A stretch of 64,000 bases of DNA from the human T2T-CHM13v2.0 reference genome, Homo sapiens, in the NCBI RefSeq assembly GCF_009914755.1, contig NC_060930.1; one strand, written 5' to 3'. Both the position numbers and the translations under genes were made by a program. Below are positions 53,985-64,000 of this stretch, piece by piece. Under the pieces are notes generated by a model. It had not been told where the DNA came from. It made no database searches and saw nothing but the letters and a program-made list of their open reading frames with translations. Position 1 is the first letter of the stretch. Each line of letters begins with the position of its first letter.

Positions 53985-55270
53985 AACATAGGAAAAGATG
54001 TTTAAAACATTAAAGTTATGAGATATATTTTGAATCTGTCAGATTAAAAAAGATCAAAACATCTGATAACACCTTGTGTTAGTAAGGATGTGTACTCACA
54101 GGTAATCTTATACAGTGCTAGTGAAAAACTTGAATTGCTATTTCTGAAACGGGTGTGGTTTGCTTCTTCAGTGCCCCGCTGCTCAAACCTCTAGGGGAGC
54201 TTACAGACGGGCAGGCTGTGGGGCTCCAAGCCCATGGTAGTGTCTAGGGGTGAATGTTTAGGCCTCCTGAAGCCCCAGTGGGCGTGTGTTACAGGGCGCT
54301 CTCTTAGTTTGCAGTCTATAGGCGGCTTGTGTTAACCAGCTCAATTAGACTCTTTACCTTGTTGCAAGTACAGAGGGCTTTCCGTATCCTAGGATTTCTT
54401 CGCTGTGCTCTTTTGCCGGCGCTCGTCAAAAAGTCCTCTCCATGACCAGCCACTTGCATCTTCTTCCCCTATGAATTCCTCACGAAGTCCAGCCACTTGT
54501 GCGTGTGTGCCTTCTAGGGCCTGGAGTTTTTACAGGCACAGGACGGGGGAATGGCGGGCCAAGATGTCTCGGGAAATGCAAAATTTAGGTGGAAGGCAGG
54601 AGTGCCTGTCCTCAGCTAGGTCCATGGGGGTGGAGCCCTAGCCAGGGACCACGCCCTCCTCTACCCAGCACTTCCCTTCCCCGCTTCCGTATCATTTAAA
54701 GGGACTACACTCTTCCCTTCCCAGCAATCCTGTGTTACTCTATGGAGAGTTTGGCAAAAATTTTAAACGCATATAACATTTGTCCCAGAAATTTCACTTC
54801 TAGCACTTTATCTTACAAATATATTCACATAGGAGGAAATGATATAGATACAAGAATATTCACTGAAGCATTGTAGGCAATATCAAGGATTGGAAATGTC
54901 CTAATATTCACCAATAGATAACAGGAAAATAAATTAGGATTATTTCTAACCCATTTTAAAAGAATAAGGCAGAACTTTATGTAATGACAAAGAATAATCT
55001 CCACAAAAATGTTGCTAAATACAAAGAAATTATTACAAGTCATGCTGCCATTTATTATTACTAAAGGAAATATATGGTCTGTGCTTATATGCATTGAATA
55101 TCTCTAGGACATCACACAGATAAATAAAATGAAATGAAAACTTAAAGATGATACAGGCTTGGGCAGAGAAGTAGGTGGCTGGGGAGATATGGAGAGCAGA
55201 ATTCTTCTTTTCATGATACCCTTTTTGTACTGTTTGAATTCAAGCTATGCATTTCAAAGTATATTAATAA
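53985..55270 (+). mobile_element. Old L1 (L1ME/MC) 3' region split by LTR9
   Basis: AGATTAAAAAAGATCAAAACATCTGATAACACCTTGTGTTAGTAAGGATGTG...; resumes TGGAGAGTTTGGCAA...CCAGAAATTTCACTTCTAG. Confidence 0.6.
54145..54737 (-). mobile_element. LTR9-like ERV1 solo LTR
   Basis: GGGGTGGAGCCCTAGCCAGGGACCACGCCCTCCTCTACCCAGCACTTCCCTTCCCCGCTTCCGTATCATTTAAAGGGAC matches the antisense LTR9 5' end. Confidence 0.82.
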
Positions 55271-56995
55271 TCCTCCCAGAACTGTGGCCCCATTCCCAGG
55301 CTTTTCCGATCCTTCAATGATACATGAAGTTTCTACTCTCTGGGAAATTATTGGATCCCAGTAACAGAAGGCTGGCCAATATTGCAAAAACAACAGCTAA
55401 TCCAGACTTCCCTTATCCTACAGAGCTCAGCAAATACTTGATGTCACTACTCTTCCCTTTGCTTGCTAACAACTGAAGGGGTATTTTACAAAAGCAAACT
55501 AGCAGGCTAATGAGTGTCAACCTCAGTTGCACAGGGACTATAAAACTGACCCCTAAATACAAAGATAATGAATTATTTGATGTCTCTTGAGTCTAGACTT
55601 TGCCCAGAACCAGGCTCTAGTTTTTTATTATTAGTTGTTCCTTAAAGGCTAAATGGCTGTGTAGAATAAATAGAACAGGGGAAGCTGAAAATAATCTGAT
55701 GCTCTCCAGACTGGGAATTATCATGACACATAGAATTTCTTTCTACCAAGTATAAAGCACTTGTCATTTAACAAGAAGAAACTGGCGTGTTAATGCAACC
55801 CCCATTTTCTGGAATGGAGAGAACAAGTTAAATATTAAGAGAGAGATGTAGTGCGTTAGGAGTCACTAAGAGTTATGGCTGCCCATGCTTTGAATGTAGA
55901 CCCTTCTCTGGGCCATAGTGAAATATAAAGATCATTCACTATTAGCCCCCGTAAAATTACTTGTGATGATCCTGATTTTGAATGACAGAAGATATCCAGC
56001 CAGTTGAAACAGATATCAGAATGTCAAGTGTTTCTTTTTGTTGTTCTTTTGCTTGTTTTTTAAGGAATTCTTCCTGGAAGCCAGAAACACAATATTGTAG
56101 TCTCATATGTTCTTGACATCACTGATGGGAGATTATTTGCTTAAAAAGTATATTCAAGCCCATCCTCTGCCAAACATCTTGCCATCCCCAATATTCTGTT
56201 TATTCTCAGCCTGCCCATAATACAGATTGTATTTCTGCTCTTCCTCTCAAAACACTGTTTGTATCAATAAGTTCCGACTATTCTTGGAACTCTCATTTCC
56301 ATCCAACAATCTTCATCACTTCCTATGTTATTTTCCACTGTGATTTGCCCCTCAAAGCCCTGTATATGCTAGATCTATGATAGACAAATTTCCACCTGTC
56401 TGCTCTAAAATTTTTCTCAACATCTATCATCTTCTTGAACTTCACAAAGTTTGAATATTTTTCAAAAATTCACTATTTCAACCCCTTCTCTTACTCTTGC
56501 TCAAGAGAGTCTCAAGTTTTTTCCTGGGCTCTAACTCCCTGAGAGATAAGAAAGCACGTTATTTTTTGTCCCAGTAAATCCTCCAGATAAGAAATCTATC
56601 TAATTGCACAGAGATGCTAGAGAAAGGCACAGAAAAATGTTGATCTCGTCTATTTTTTATTTCCATCTGTGCTCTCTCTGTTGCTAAATAAACCTTTTAC
56701 CTACCACCTACTTATTCTTCATTGCATTCTCTACTGTGTCTCTTATACACTTTCTTTTCTCTTCTATCCACTCATATTTTATCTTCTTAATCTCAATAAA
56801 TGATCTCATTTTATTCTTTCTACAAGACTGTTTATCCAGTGATATAACACTAAATGTTTATTTCAATCATCAAACCTTGAGATATACATTTTTAAAAAAC
56901 TCAGATAACCAATTTCTCAACAAAATATGTAGTATTGAAACCAGTTTATTAAAACATCTTTAACAGTTAGTTGGCACAGGTCCTAGAATAGAGTG

Positions 56996-57612
56996 TGTTA
57001 CGGGTGAAAGAGATCTGAGTTACTCTGAGTTACTGGCGGTGTGTCCATATGAGTCCATAGCAACTTCAGTCCTTACCTCCTCAGAAGAAAGACTTTGACT
57101 GAAGAGCATAAAGCAGAAAAAGAGACCCAGGTGAGTTCCAGAGCAGGTGTGGAAGTTTTTTTTAAAAGGCTTTAGAACAGGAAAGAAAGGGAGGTGTGCC
57201 TGGAAGAAATCCAAATGGCCACTGAGGTCGAAGAGAGAAAAGAGAAGAGAAGGGCCTTTAACCTTGATCCTGGGACTTTATAGGTTCACCTCTTGGTCAT
57301 GATTCTTCCCTTAGGGTGGGCTTCCTGCATGCAGTGTCCTCCTTACCCTAAGGAACTGAGCACGCCCAGTGTGTTTAGGGAGTTACATGCATGCCCATCT
57401 GAGTCTTTCTTCCTTTTTCCGGTGGGTGTACCCAGATCATACTTCCTTATTTTTTGTTTCTTAATTTGCATGCCCAGGACGTTTCTTCTCCCTGGGGCCT
57501 GCATTCAGTTAACATTTTGATGTTAATAGGTGTGGACTATCAGGAAATGCCCTCTCCCTGGCGCTGGCAAATTATCATTTTTAGAAAGCCAGTGAAATAA
57601 TTGTTGAACCAT
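56996..57612 (-). mobile_element. MER50-like ERV1 LTR (partial)
   Basis: TGTTACGGGTG...GAGTTACTGGCGG...CCTCCTCAGAAGAAAGA...AGCAGAAAAAGAGACC. Confidence 0.82.
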
Positions 57613-58369
57613 AAGAAAACCAGTAAGTGTTTTAGTCTTCAATGTGCTAATTCATTTTCAAAAATATCATCAGCTTTATAGTTCCTAGGAAGTTAGGATT
57701 CTGTACATCTTCAAGAGAAAAGAAAATGGGCAAAGAACCAACTTTCAGGGAGGGCTTCTTAGAAAATATTAAGTTTCAGGCCACTGCTCGAACAAGCAGC
57801 TATATCCCAATGCATCACATCATATTTATCTCCATCTCCAGATAGATACATATTATATCATTGCTTGCTCATAACTATGACCATGATTCATCAATAAAAT
57901 AAGTTATTATGTTGAGTGTGATGTGTTTACCATGGGACAAGTTAGGATAGGTATCCAACATTCACACATACTCTCTATCTTAATACTTAAGAAGTTCATC
58001 TCATTTCTCCAGAAAAACCTATTTTTTGAGTTAGATTAAAAAGTTGAAAATTGTATTTGCTGAATGAGGCTAATTCCCCAAAAATAAAGCAAATGAACTA
58101 CTAAATGAAAGAGTCAACAAGGAGAATGACCATCTATTGCTGTCGCATTGTGGGTGGCTTTGACTTGAGAGTTGCAAAAGAACTGGGTGTGCCTCACTGA
58201 AGTTTTCCAGGCTCTCACTTAGATGTTTGGGTCTACAATTGTATGACTATCTTCATAGCAAAATCATGTGTTAAGAAAAGTGCAGCAACAACAATATTAA
58301 ATTTTGTTTTTGCAAATAAAGATTTTTATTAGTGCTAATGGTAGCTAAAATGTGTAAATATTATTTTAC

Positions 58370-58560
58370 ATGTAAATATTCAACAAACGTTTTGAAGTAT
58401 GTATTAAGTGGTAGGTGGTAAAGGTGCCACAGTCAATAAGACAAATGAAATTCCTGCTTTCGTTTTAGTTTGGGAAGTCGACTAATCTTCAAATAGATAA
58501 CCATAAGCATTTGTCAGCTAATAAAAGATACTATGGGGAAAAAAAGCCAAGAGTTAGAAT
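58370..58560 (-). mobile_element. L2 fragment
   Basis: ATTCAACAAACGTTTTGAAG...AATAAGACAAATGAAATTCCTGCTTTC. Confidence 0.55.
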
Positions 58561-59408
58561 GTGATTATGAGTATAATTTGTATTTTGGAGCACAGACTTA
58601 TTGCAATTAGAATTTCCCAAAAGAGATCTGCCTTTGCTCTCTTTTAATATTATTTTTCTATTTCATTTTAAGCTTATTTCATCCACTTAAAACAGTTAAA
58701 ATGCCAACATTACATATTTCAAAGTACAGAAATTAGGAAATTGCAGACATTATGCCAGTAAAATACTAAGATCCAATGTAAATTAGAAATTATCTAAGCT
58801 ATGCTCTCTCTTAAACTTTGCAGTTTCACCCCAGACTAGATTCAAATTGTCATTAATTGCATTCTGTCAACTTTTGAGTTAGATCAGGTAGTCTTTAATT
58901 TGCAAGCCAGGATGCTATTTTGTGATGCTGCACAGTGCTTACTGCTTGCTACCTTCTACCCTGAAGGGAACTGCAGTTTCAGGAATGGGTTGACATATCA
59001 ATTAGTTTGTAATCAGTGTATAACGTCCTTTGAGCATTTGATGCCAGATTCTACTGTTATTTAGAAAGTCAATAGAAAGTCCTCCTGGAATACAGGTCTG
59101 TAGGACACAGAACAAGATGAGAAACTTCAACTTATTGTAAGCTGCAAAATGACTATTGCCTCCAAGCCAGACCTTCCTGACTGATTATTTTCCCAGAGGA
59201 AAGGATCCTCGTTGCTTCCTGTGGGCAAGTCTGTAAGCAGAAGCATTAGTAGTCCTGGCCGATCCCACCAAAGAAAGACCATGCCATCCCTGCTTGCACA
59301 TGTGTGGCAAGTATATTCTGGCCCAACAATTGCCAAGCAAGCAACTTACTGATTCTCAAATTAGAAGATAAGCCTGGAAAGGATCTTAAGTTCATCTAAT
59401 TTAACTTC

Positions 59409-59873
59409 TGTAATACAACTTTTTGTGTGCTGACTTGACCCAGCTTTGAGGTCCTGGCTAGAGGCCAGTTGTTACCTTTTTTGAGTAGCCAATTAAGTTC
59501 ACATCTCAACCACTTCCCTTATCTGACTCTCACACTCCAGGCCACTGTGCACCTGCCCTAATTGCCCCACGGCCAGGTACCAGATAACCAGAGGCAAACC
59601 TTATGACCAGAGCCAGCTGATATTATGCAAATTAGCCAATACCGAACTTGTTTACCCTGCATCACCCTTTTCTTCCTGCAGAAACCACAAAAAACGTGCT
59701 TGTTCACAGTGTCCCATTCTTCTTCTGCCTCATGCTTCCCTCATTCCCAGTGTGGCAAGGCTGTGTTTTTCCCAGGGAAATGTGAGCAACAAAACTGTGA
59801 AACTCTTTCTGGTTTCTCTCTTTTGATGTGCCTCCGGCCTCACCATACCTCACTCAGGGTAACATGGTTAACA
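59409..59873 (+). mobile_element. ERVL solo LTR (MER54/MER73/MER74 group) inserted in a MIR
   Basis: GGCCAGGTACCAGATAACCAG...CAAATTAGCCAAT...GAAACCACAA...GGCCTCACCATACC. MIR-like flanks at 59350-59408 and 59875-60000. Confidence 0.7.
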
Positions 59874-60326
59874 CTACCTCTTCATCTTCTCAAAGAGAAA
59901 AGGAATATACAGACAAGACAGGTGAATTGCCTAAGGTCTCATAGGTAGTTCTTGGCACAGGTGGGTCCAGAACTCAGGTTTCTGATTGCAACCTCCTAGT
60001 TTACTGTTCTTTTCTTTAAGTTTCACATGAAAAGTAGTGATCACCAGAGAATTAAAAACATAATAAAATAGTTATAATATCCCTAATTTACTGAGCAACT
60101 ACTGGAACTTTTTTATTGTGTTTGCCACTGTATATACACAATAATTCTCCAAGGTGTATATTATAAAACTTTTTTGTACTTTAGAAAGCTGAGACAGAAA
60201 GGGGAATCACCTTTTGATCATGATGCCACTTTCTACTTCATCATATAAAAAGCGATTCACAGAGTCACAATTCAAATACTGAAGCTTCCAAATCAGTACA
60301 ACAGCCATCACCTTCCTCAAATGATA

Positions 60327-60761
60327 TGAAGCCCATTGCTAAAAAATAAAAATAAAAGTACAGGCTACAGTTCAGATATATTTAAAGGCCAACCACTCAT
60401 AACCGTATAATAAAAATTTGACTTGTCCTGATTCCCCCCAAATGCTAGCTCTAATCATAAATGAAACAGAAAATGTAAGCTTTATATCCTTGTCAGCATG
60501 ATTCAGTGAAATTAAACCAATCAGCTATAGACAGATCAGCTTAAACAGCTCTACTTGCCCTAAAAAAGAATATTAATATGTAACAGCCAATCACAGAAAA
60601 GGTCAAAATACCTCCTCCTTCTTGCTTTATAAATTGTGCTGTAACTGCTGTGAGCAGGGCTTCTTATCACTTTTGGCTTGAGATCTCCTGGTTCATGAAC
60701 CAAGAGTATGCACAAGAAACTTTTAAAATTTTTCTACCTTGCTCTGAATGTATTTTTGACA
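60327..60761 (+). mobile_element. Probable ERV1-class solo LTR (subfamily not assigned)
   Basis: TG...TTTTTGACA termini; two CCAATCA boxes followed by CTTTATAAA in U3-like order. Confidence 0.5.
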
Positions 60762-60959
60762 TCATAAAAATCAAAGATTCTTCTTTGTACACTGGAGAAA
60801 GAGAAAAAATCAAAGAGAGAGAAAATAAATGATATAATACTTATGAACTATTTAATTTTAATGGATCCACAGAGGAAAACTAGCATAACTTTACATGAGA
60901 ATATGTACTATCTATTCCTCCCTCTTTTCCTTTATTTCTATGTGTCTTAGACCTCTTTT

Positions 60960-61142
60960 TTCTTATATTTATTGAATTTTTCTGATATGCCAGGCACTGT
61001 TCCAAGTACTTTATCTGTAATCCTCACAACAATCCAATGATGTATTATAATTATCCCCATTTTACAGATTAGGAAATGGAGGGACTCAGCTACTAAGCCA
61101 AGCAGTGTGGCTCCAGAACCTGCCCTCTGAGCCACTATACTT
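60960..61142 (-). mobile_element. MIR SINE
   Basis: TATGCCAGGCACTGTTCCAAGTACTTTA...AATCCTCACAACAATCC...CCCCATTTTACAGAT. Confidence 0.85.
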
Positions 61143-62099
61143 GTCCTTTTATGTGATGCATGCTCAGAAATCTGATGTATCTGGCATTTTATCCAGTGAA
61201 GACATCCAACTAAAATGTTCAGGGAAGACTAGAGATTATAAATAATTTCACCACATTAGTTCAAAATTGTCTCTATAATATCCCCAAGGTATGTTTCTGC
61301 TTTCTGAAAGTCAGAATGGAGAGAAAGCTCTTACTGAACTGTTATTTGAATCTGAGCTACAGATAAAGTGGAAACCAAAGGATTCTCTTAGGAACCAAAT
61401 TCCCTAGTTATCCGAGGAAGGTGGAGTTGGACTTTGGAAGAATACATTTTCTCTGCCGTGACACTGGAAACACTATTGCTCATTTCAAAGCTGACAGTAA
61501 AGTCATGCTCAATATTGATGCAGATTGGATTGTAGCAGATTTGTGGGTATGGATTTTTCATTGGGAATGTAGGAGGAAAGTGTAGTATCATGGAAAGACA
61601 GCTGTCTTTGGAGTAAGGAGCCAATTTCACTTGTGCCTACTTACTTGGGCTGTGGTTTTCTCCTCTGAGTTTTTAAATTAAGATTCAATAAATTATAGAA
61701 GATGCTGGAAAACTGAAATATAAAGAACCAAATAGAGGACCCAATGGCTATGGGAAGTATCTCTTTGGCCTAGAGGTGATATCGAATTGTGACAGAAAGG
61801 GAAACAAGGTGATAAACACCAAGGAGAGAGGAATACATTCTCAGGCAGCATCAAAGAGGCTTTCCAGGTACAATTGCTTTGATCCAGCTGCATGCAATGC
61901 CTGAGCTGTTAAGTGTGGAGCTTCTCAGGAAGCAAACTTGCCTCTAACTGCTCTTGCTTTGCTCCTCTTTCAGCTTTTGCAAGACTTGAGGATAACTGGG
62001 CAATTTAATAGCCAATGAGAGTTCTCTTCACAAAAAAAGAAGTAAATAGTTTTCTACAAAAATACTGTAGCTCTGCCTATGTTCATATTCTCTCTAGGG

Positions 62100-62331
62100 T
62101 AGGAGTCAGCAAACTACAGCCCAGAGACCAAACCAGTCCTCTTCTTGTTTTGGTAAATAAAAAGTTTTATTGGAAGACAGTCATACCTATTTGTTTACCA
62201 ATGGCTCAATGCCATTTACCAATGCTGTTTCAACAACAGCAGGGTTGTGAAGGTGAGACAGAAACCGTATGGGCCACAGAGCAAAAGTACTTACTGTGGA
62301 GCTCTTTTTAGAATAAGTTTGCTGACTCCTG
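62100..62331 (+). mobile_element. MER58A-like hAT-Charlie MITE
   Basis: TIRs AGGAGTCAGCAAACT / AGTTTGCTGACTCCT; 8-bp flanks CTCTAGGG and CTTTAGAA. Confidence 0.87.
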
Positions 62332-64000
62332 CTTTAGAAGATCTTAAAGGTAACTCTGGCTCAAGGGATTCCTCTATTACTTGTCCTCCTAAACTGCAGA
62401 GGCATCAACATGGTCAGTGGCATCCTCTCAATACTTATTCACTCATAGTCCAAGGGTATTCTCAAGATCAAACAAGTCTCAGGGGAATATATGTTCTTTC
62501 CACTACATAAGGCCTCTAACTACCATATCACCTGATTATTCTTCTTTCTGCAGTTTGCTACACAGTGTTCACATCTCTGATATTACCTCAGTTCTGACAA
62601 GAGATGCAGGGATGTGATTTATAGCAAAGCAAGCAATCATAAAAAATACCCCAAATGAGCCTCAGTGTAGCTCAAATATTTATGCAAACTTTCATGATAA
62701 CTCATGTTAACCAGTTTGGTGAAATATTATTAGATAGAAAGTAACCTACTTTTCCTTCACTCAGCAAGCAGTCTTGTTACAAAATTACATAACGTGCCTT
62801 AATTAGCAGAAATTATTCTATAACAATATAGCAAACTTTAAGTAGGTAGACTAAATTTAGACATTAAAAATTTATAGGGAACCATCATTAGGAAACCCAT
62901 ACATGGTATCCACAGCTGTTGACTGATACTCTATTCCCTTTTCTTAGAATAAAGTCACTTCTTGCTGCTTGCACCTTCTGTTTCCCAGGCCTCTTCCTCA
63001 GACACAAGATCTTACAAGATACTAGGAACTCTTTCAATTCTTCCTTAAACAAATATTCATTACTCCTCTGCTCTTCAGACACGGCTTTCAATTTATTTCC
63101 TCCCCTTATTTCTGTCTTTGATAAGATTTTGCTAGGAAGCAACTGGCCTAGTCTTCTATGTTGCCTGTCCAGTTTCCTCCTCACAGGTGGGCTTTTAAAC
63201 CCCAGGAAAAGGAGCACTCCATGAATTCACCATCAGATCCTTGATGAAATGCACAAAATCCCTTTTATTGTATATAGTTACACTCTTGTCTTTTCTATCT
63301 TTTTGTTTAACTTTTTATCTTCTCTAGAATGCCGTGCCATAGTCAAGTTCTGGGTTACCGCCCCATTGGTTAGATAATTTCATTGATCAAAATAAGAAGA
63401 TAAGCTTTCATTTTAATGGAATGAAATGCAATATATCTAAAAAGAGCAGATATGAAAATATTAGAGTGTCCCACTTACTAGAGTACACACAATTTTAGAT
63501 ATCATTGCACGTGTATTATACTGTATATTTTATACATACACACGTATATAATGGCTATAATGTAAAATAATATTTTTTTTGGCTAACATCAAATATATTT
63601 AGAAGCTACTGTTCAGGTGTCTTTCCTCCCCTTCCTACTTTATTTTTAAAAGTTCTTTCATTTCATCATTACATTAGGAGTTATATTAGATGAGTCAGGC
63701 TTTAAGACTCCAGATAATATTTGAGAGCCAAAAATCACCCTTAAAGATTACTTTGTTATTTTAACTGTTCCTTTAGATCAATTTAGTTGAACAACTGTTA
63801 TATCTGTTTTTGGCCCAAACACAGGAGGAAACTTCTACAATGTGAAATAAAATGCCACCGAAGGGCTAGAAATTTAATTACTAATTAAGGTCTTTATATT
63901 TATAAATTAATCATGTAATGGCTACCTCAGTATAATTCTAAAATGAACATTGATTTAACATTTGTAACTCTCTTACTCATAATGCACAGGCTTAATTAGA

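Noticed and set aside
55280-56440. Possible additional ancient LTR or regulatory segment
   Set aside because: I could not identify termini, TSD or family from sequence alone.
59625-59632. Perfect octamer motif ATGCAAAT in an ERVL LTR
   Set aside because: A single 8-mer is expected by chance in 64 kb of AT-rich DNA; no adjacent SOX site evident.
62888-63224. Overlapping 109-aa (minus) and 101-aa (plus) ORFs in apparently unique DNA
   Set aside because: Non-ATG starts, no recognisable domain and no convincing splice or promoter context; compatible with chance. A BLASTX/PhyloCSF check would settle it.

Overview
AT-rich, gene-poor primate genomic DNA (AluY, L1PA, THE1 and MER elements; most likely human intergenic or deep intronic). 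I can support no intact protein-coding gene, RNA gene or CpG island. Most listed ORFs are translations of repeats or low-complexity DNA. The window is mainly a stack of transposable elements: three 5'-inverted (twin-primed) L1 insertions, a near full-length L1MA nested in an older L1, two degraded ERVL-class provirus remnants, solo LTRs (THE1, MST, MER52, MER4A, LTR9, MER50), Alus, MIR/L2 and hAT/mariner MITEs. The only gene-derived sequence is a processed pseudogene of the small membrane-protein gene C12orf76 (about 28860-30430), inserted in an L1 and carrying a MADE1 element. The most unusual structure is a 304-bp, ~96% identical inverted copy of local L1 ORF1 sequence inserted ~1.6 kb away behind a stuttered 19-bp motif, which looks like a templated DNA-repair scar. 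I found no evidence for a new multi-gene system. Repeat subfamily names come from remembered consensus sequences and need RepeatMasker/Dfam confirmation.
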